This document shows positions 22,937-24,392 of a DNA stretch of 24,392 nt, one piece after another. The position numbers and the translations under genes are program-made. Location of the stretch: contig WLND01000001.1 of NCBI GenBank assembly GCA_009726075.1, positions 1-24,392 on the forward strand, written 5' to 3'. Numbering within the stretch: the stretch's first letter is position 1; each line of letters starts with the position of its first letter. Under the pieces are notes generated by a model, which saw nothing but the letters and a program-made list of their open reading frames with translations, did no database searches and was not told where the DNA came from. This DNA comes from Actinomycetota bacterium. Lineage in GTDB: Bacteria > Actinomycetota > Actinomycetes > S36-B12.

Positions 22937-24392
22937 TTAGTCCACTCTGGTGGTGGTGGCCAGGACTGGGTCGGTGAGGTCGTTCCACCGGCGCACCACC
23001 GAGCCGCCCGGCACGCGCAGGCGAGCGCTCACATCGCCCGTGTCCACATTCCAGCGAACCGTGCCCGAGACCGGGAAGTCGTCGTAGAGCTTGACCTCCT
23101 TGAGCGTGATGTTCACGATGCCGTATCCGGTCTCGCGCCAGGTACCGCCGCGCAGGCCATGGCCCGTGGTCGTCTTTTCGCCTGGGCCGAGGTCGATTCG
23201 CAGGATGACGTCACCGACCGTGCGTGCCGCCGCATCTTGGCTCGAGATACCGACCCGCGTGCGCGGGTAGCCGGCGACGAGACGCAGACGAGGCTCGTCT
23301 GCGGCGCACGCGCCCCCAGCGCCCGCCACGACAGCACTCGGATCGGTCACGAATTGCTGGACGAGCCCATCGATGCACTCGGTTCCCGCGGTGCCGTGGA
23401 CGGCATTGGCGACGATGACCTGCCGCGAGTCGGGGAACTGCGCGGCCACCATGGCGCCCTCGCGGGTGGTCGTGACGAGGTCGAGATCGCCGGACAGCAC
23501 GAGGGTCGGGAACGTTCCGTACGTGCCGGCCGGAGGTGTCGGCGACCTCGAGGGGTAGCGGGTCGACGCGGGCCAGTCGAGGCACGATTCGAGATCCCAC
23601 CAGCCGGTCCCGCGGAATTCATCAATGGTGAATGGCGAGTAGAAACCGGGCGTCTTGCCCTGGCCAACCGCGACCGCCGCCTCGTACTGCGCCGGCCGGG
23701 CAGCCGGGCTGGCCTGCATGTCGACGATCTGCGGATAGTCCTGGCAGACCACGGCGTACATGTGACCCTCGTTCGCCTCGTCGATGCCGTTGCCCGCCGG
23801 ATGCGATGACCCGTCGTACTCCCATTCGGCGACGAGTCGCCCAAGGGGAAGCCAGTCGCCCAGGAGCGCCGCGCGCAGTGACGCATCGAGGGCGCCGAAG
23901 GTGAGGCCCCCGTAGCCAGCGTCGATGACCAGGTCGGCGAGGGTGCTCGGGTCGAGGGTGACGCGTTCGATGGTGCCATCAGGGGACGGAGCCTTGACGG
24001 TGACCGGACGCGCCCGAAGCTTGCGGACGACCTGGGCCAGCCGGCCGGCGCTGGTACCCGGTCGCCTCGCGCACGCCGGCTCGCGCGCGCAGACGGCATT
24101 CACGGCGTCCTTGGCCGATGCCCGGAAGGTCTCGACCCACCCTGTCTCGCCTACCGCTGGGTAGGCGCTGTCGAGCAGGAGGCTGCGAGTGAGCTCGGGG
24201 TGACGCCCGGCGAAGACCTGCCCGAAGAAAGTTCCGTAGGAAACCCCGTAGATATTGGACGGGCCCAGGCCGAGCGCATTGATGATGGCGGCGAGGTCGT
24301 CGGCGGCCAGGGACGATCCGAAGAGGTCGTAGTGGCTGCCCAGCTTCGCGGCGCACAGGCGAACCGAGTCCTGCCAGGTATCACCGGACTCA
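22937..24392 (-). CDS. Alpha/beta hydrolase (TAP/proline-peptidase-like); 5' end outside the window
   Basis: Frame stays open to the window edge: AADDL...LGL...IYGVSYGT (nucleophile), LDSA, PTLVLSGDLDLVT (Asp), NAVHG (His). Confidence 0.88.
   Translation of the reverse strand, partial: ESGDTWQDSVRLCAAKLGSHYDLFGSSLAADDLAAIINALGLGPSNIYGVSYGTFFGQVFAGRHPELTRSLLLDSAYPAVGETGWVETFRASAKDAVNAVCAREPACARRPGTSAGRLAQVVRKLRARPVTVKAPSPDGTIERVTLDPSTLADLVIDAGYGGLTFGALDASLRAALLGDWLPLGRLVAEWEYDGSSHPAGNGIDEANEGHMYAVVCQDYPQIVDMQASPAARPAQYEAAVAVGQGKTPGFYSPFTIDEFRGTGWWDLESCLDWPASTRYPSRSPTPPAGTYGTFPTLVLSGDLDLVTTTREGAMVAAQFPDSRQVIVANAVHGTAGTECIDGLVQQFVTDPSAVVAGAGGACAADEPRLRLVAGYPRTRVGISSQDAAARTVGDVILRIDLGPGEKTTTGHGLRGGTWRETGYGIVNITLKEVKLYDDFPVSGTVRWNVDTGDVSARLRVPGGSVVRRWNDLTDPVLATTTRVD

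Overview
High-GC actinobacterial-type DNA in four blocks. (1) 1-2705: ABC exporter ATPase and partial permease (minus strand), a divergent membrane GGDEF diguanylate cyclase, and a possible structured RNA leader between them. (2) 2789-9915: a Tn7-like module with a divergent XRE regulator, tnsA-like, tnsB, tnsC/tniB and a 901-aa TniQ carrying about five C-terminal HTH motifs. It ends in a TGT end with TnsB-type repeats that sits 4 bp from a second, oppositely facing end (9920-9965). (3) 9920-13682: arsenic cargo behind the second end, with intact mycothiol-type arsC, arsD and arsA, decayed arsR and arsI/cadI, an arsC1'-like remnant, no efflux permease, and a probable sulfatase fragment. (4) 13794-24392: an organosulfur/methionine operon (two DszC/SfnB-like genes, an LLM monooxygenase, metY, a CoA-binding protein), TetR, a secreted 2xCBM2-GH18 chitinase, a 279-bp REP-like palindrome and a partial alpha/beta hydrolase. 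No CRISPR array, cas, tRNA or rRNA gene was recognised. Family calls come from motif recognition only; no database search was run.
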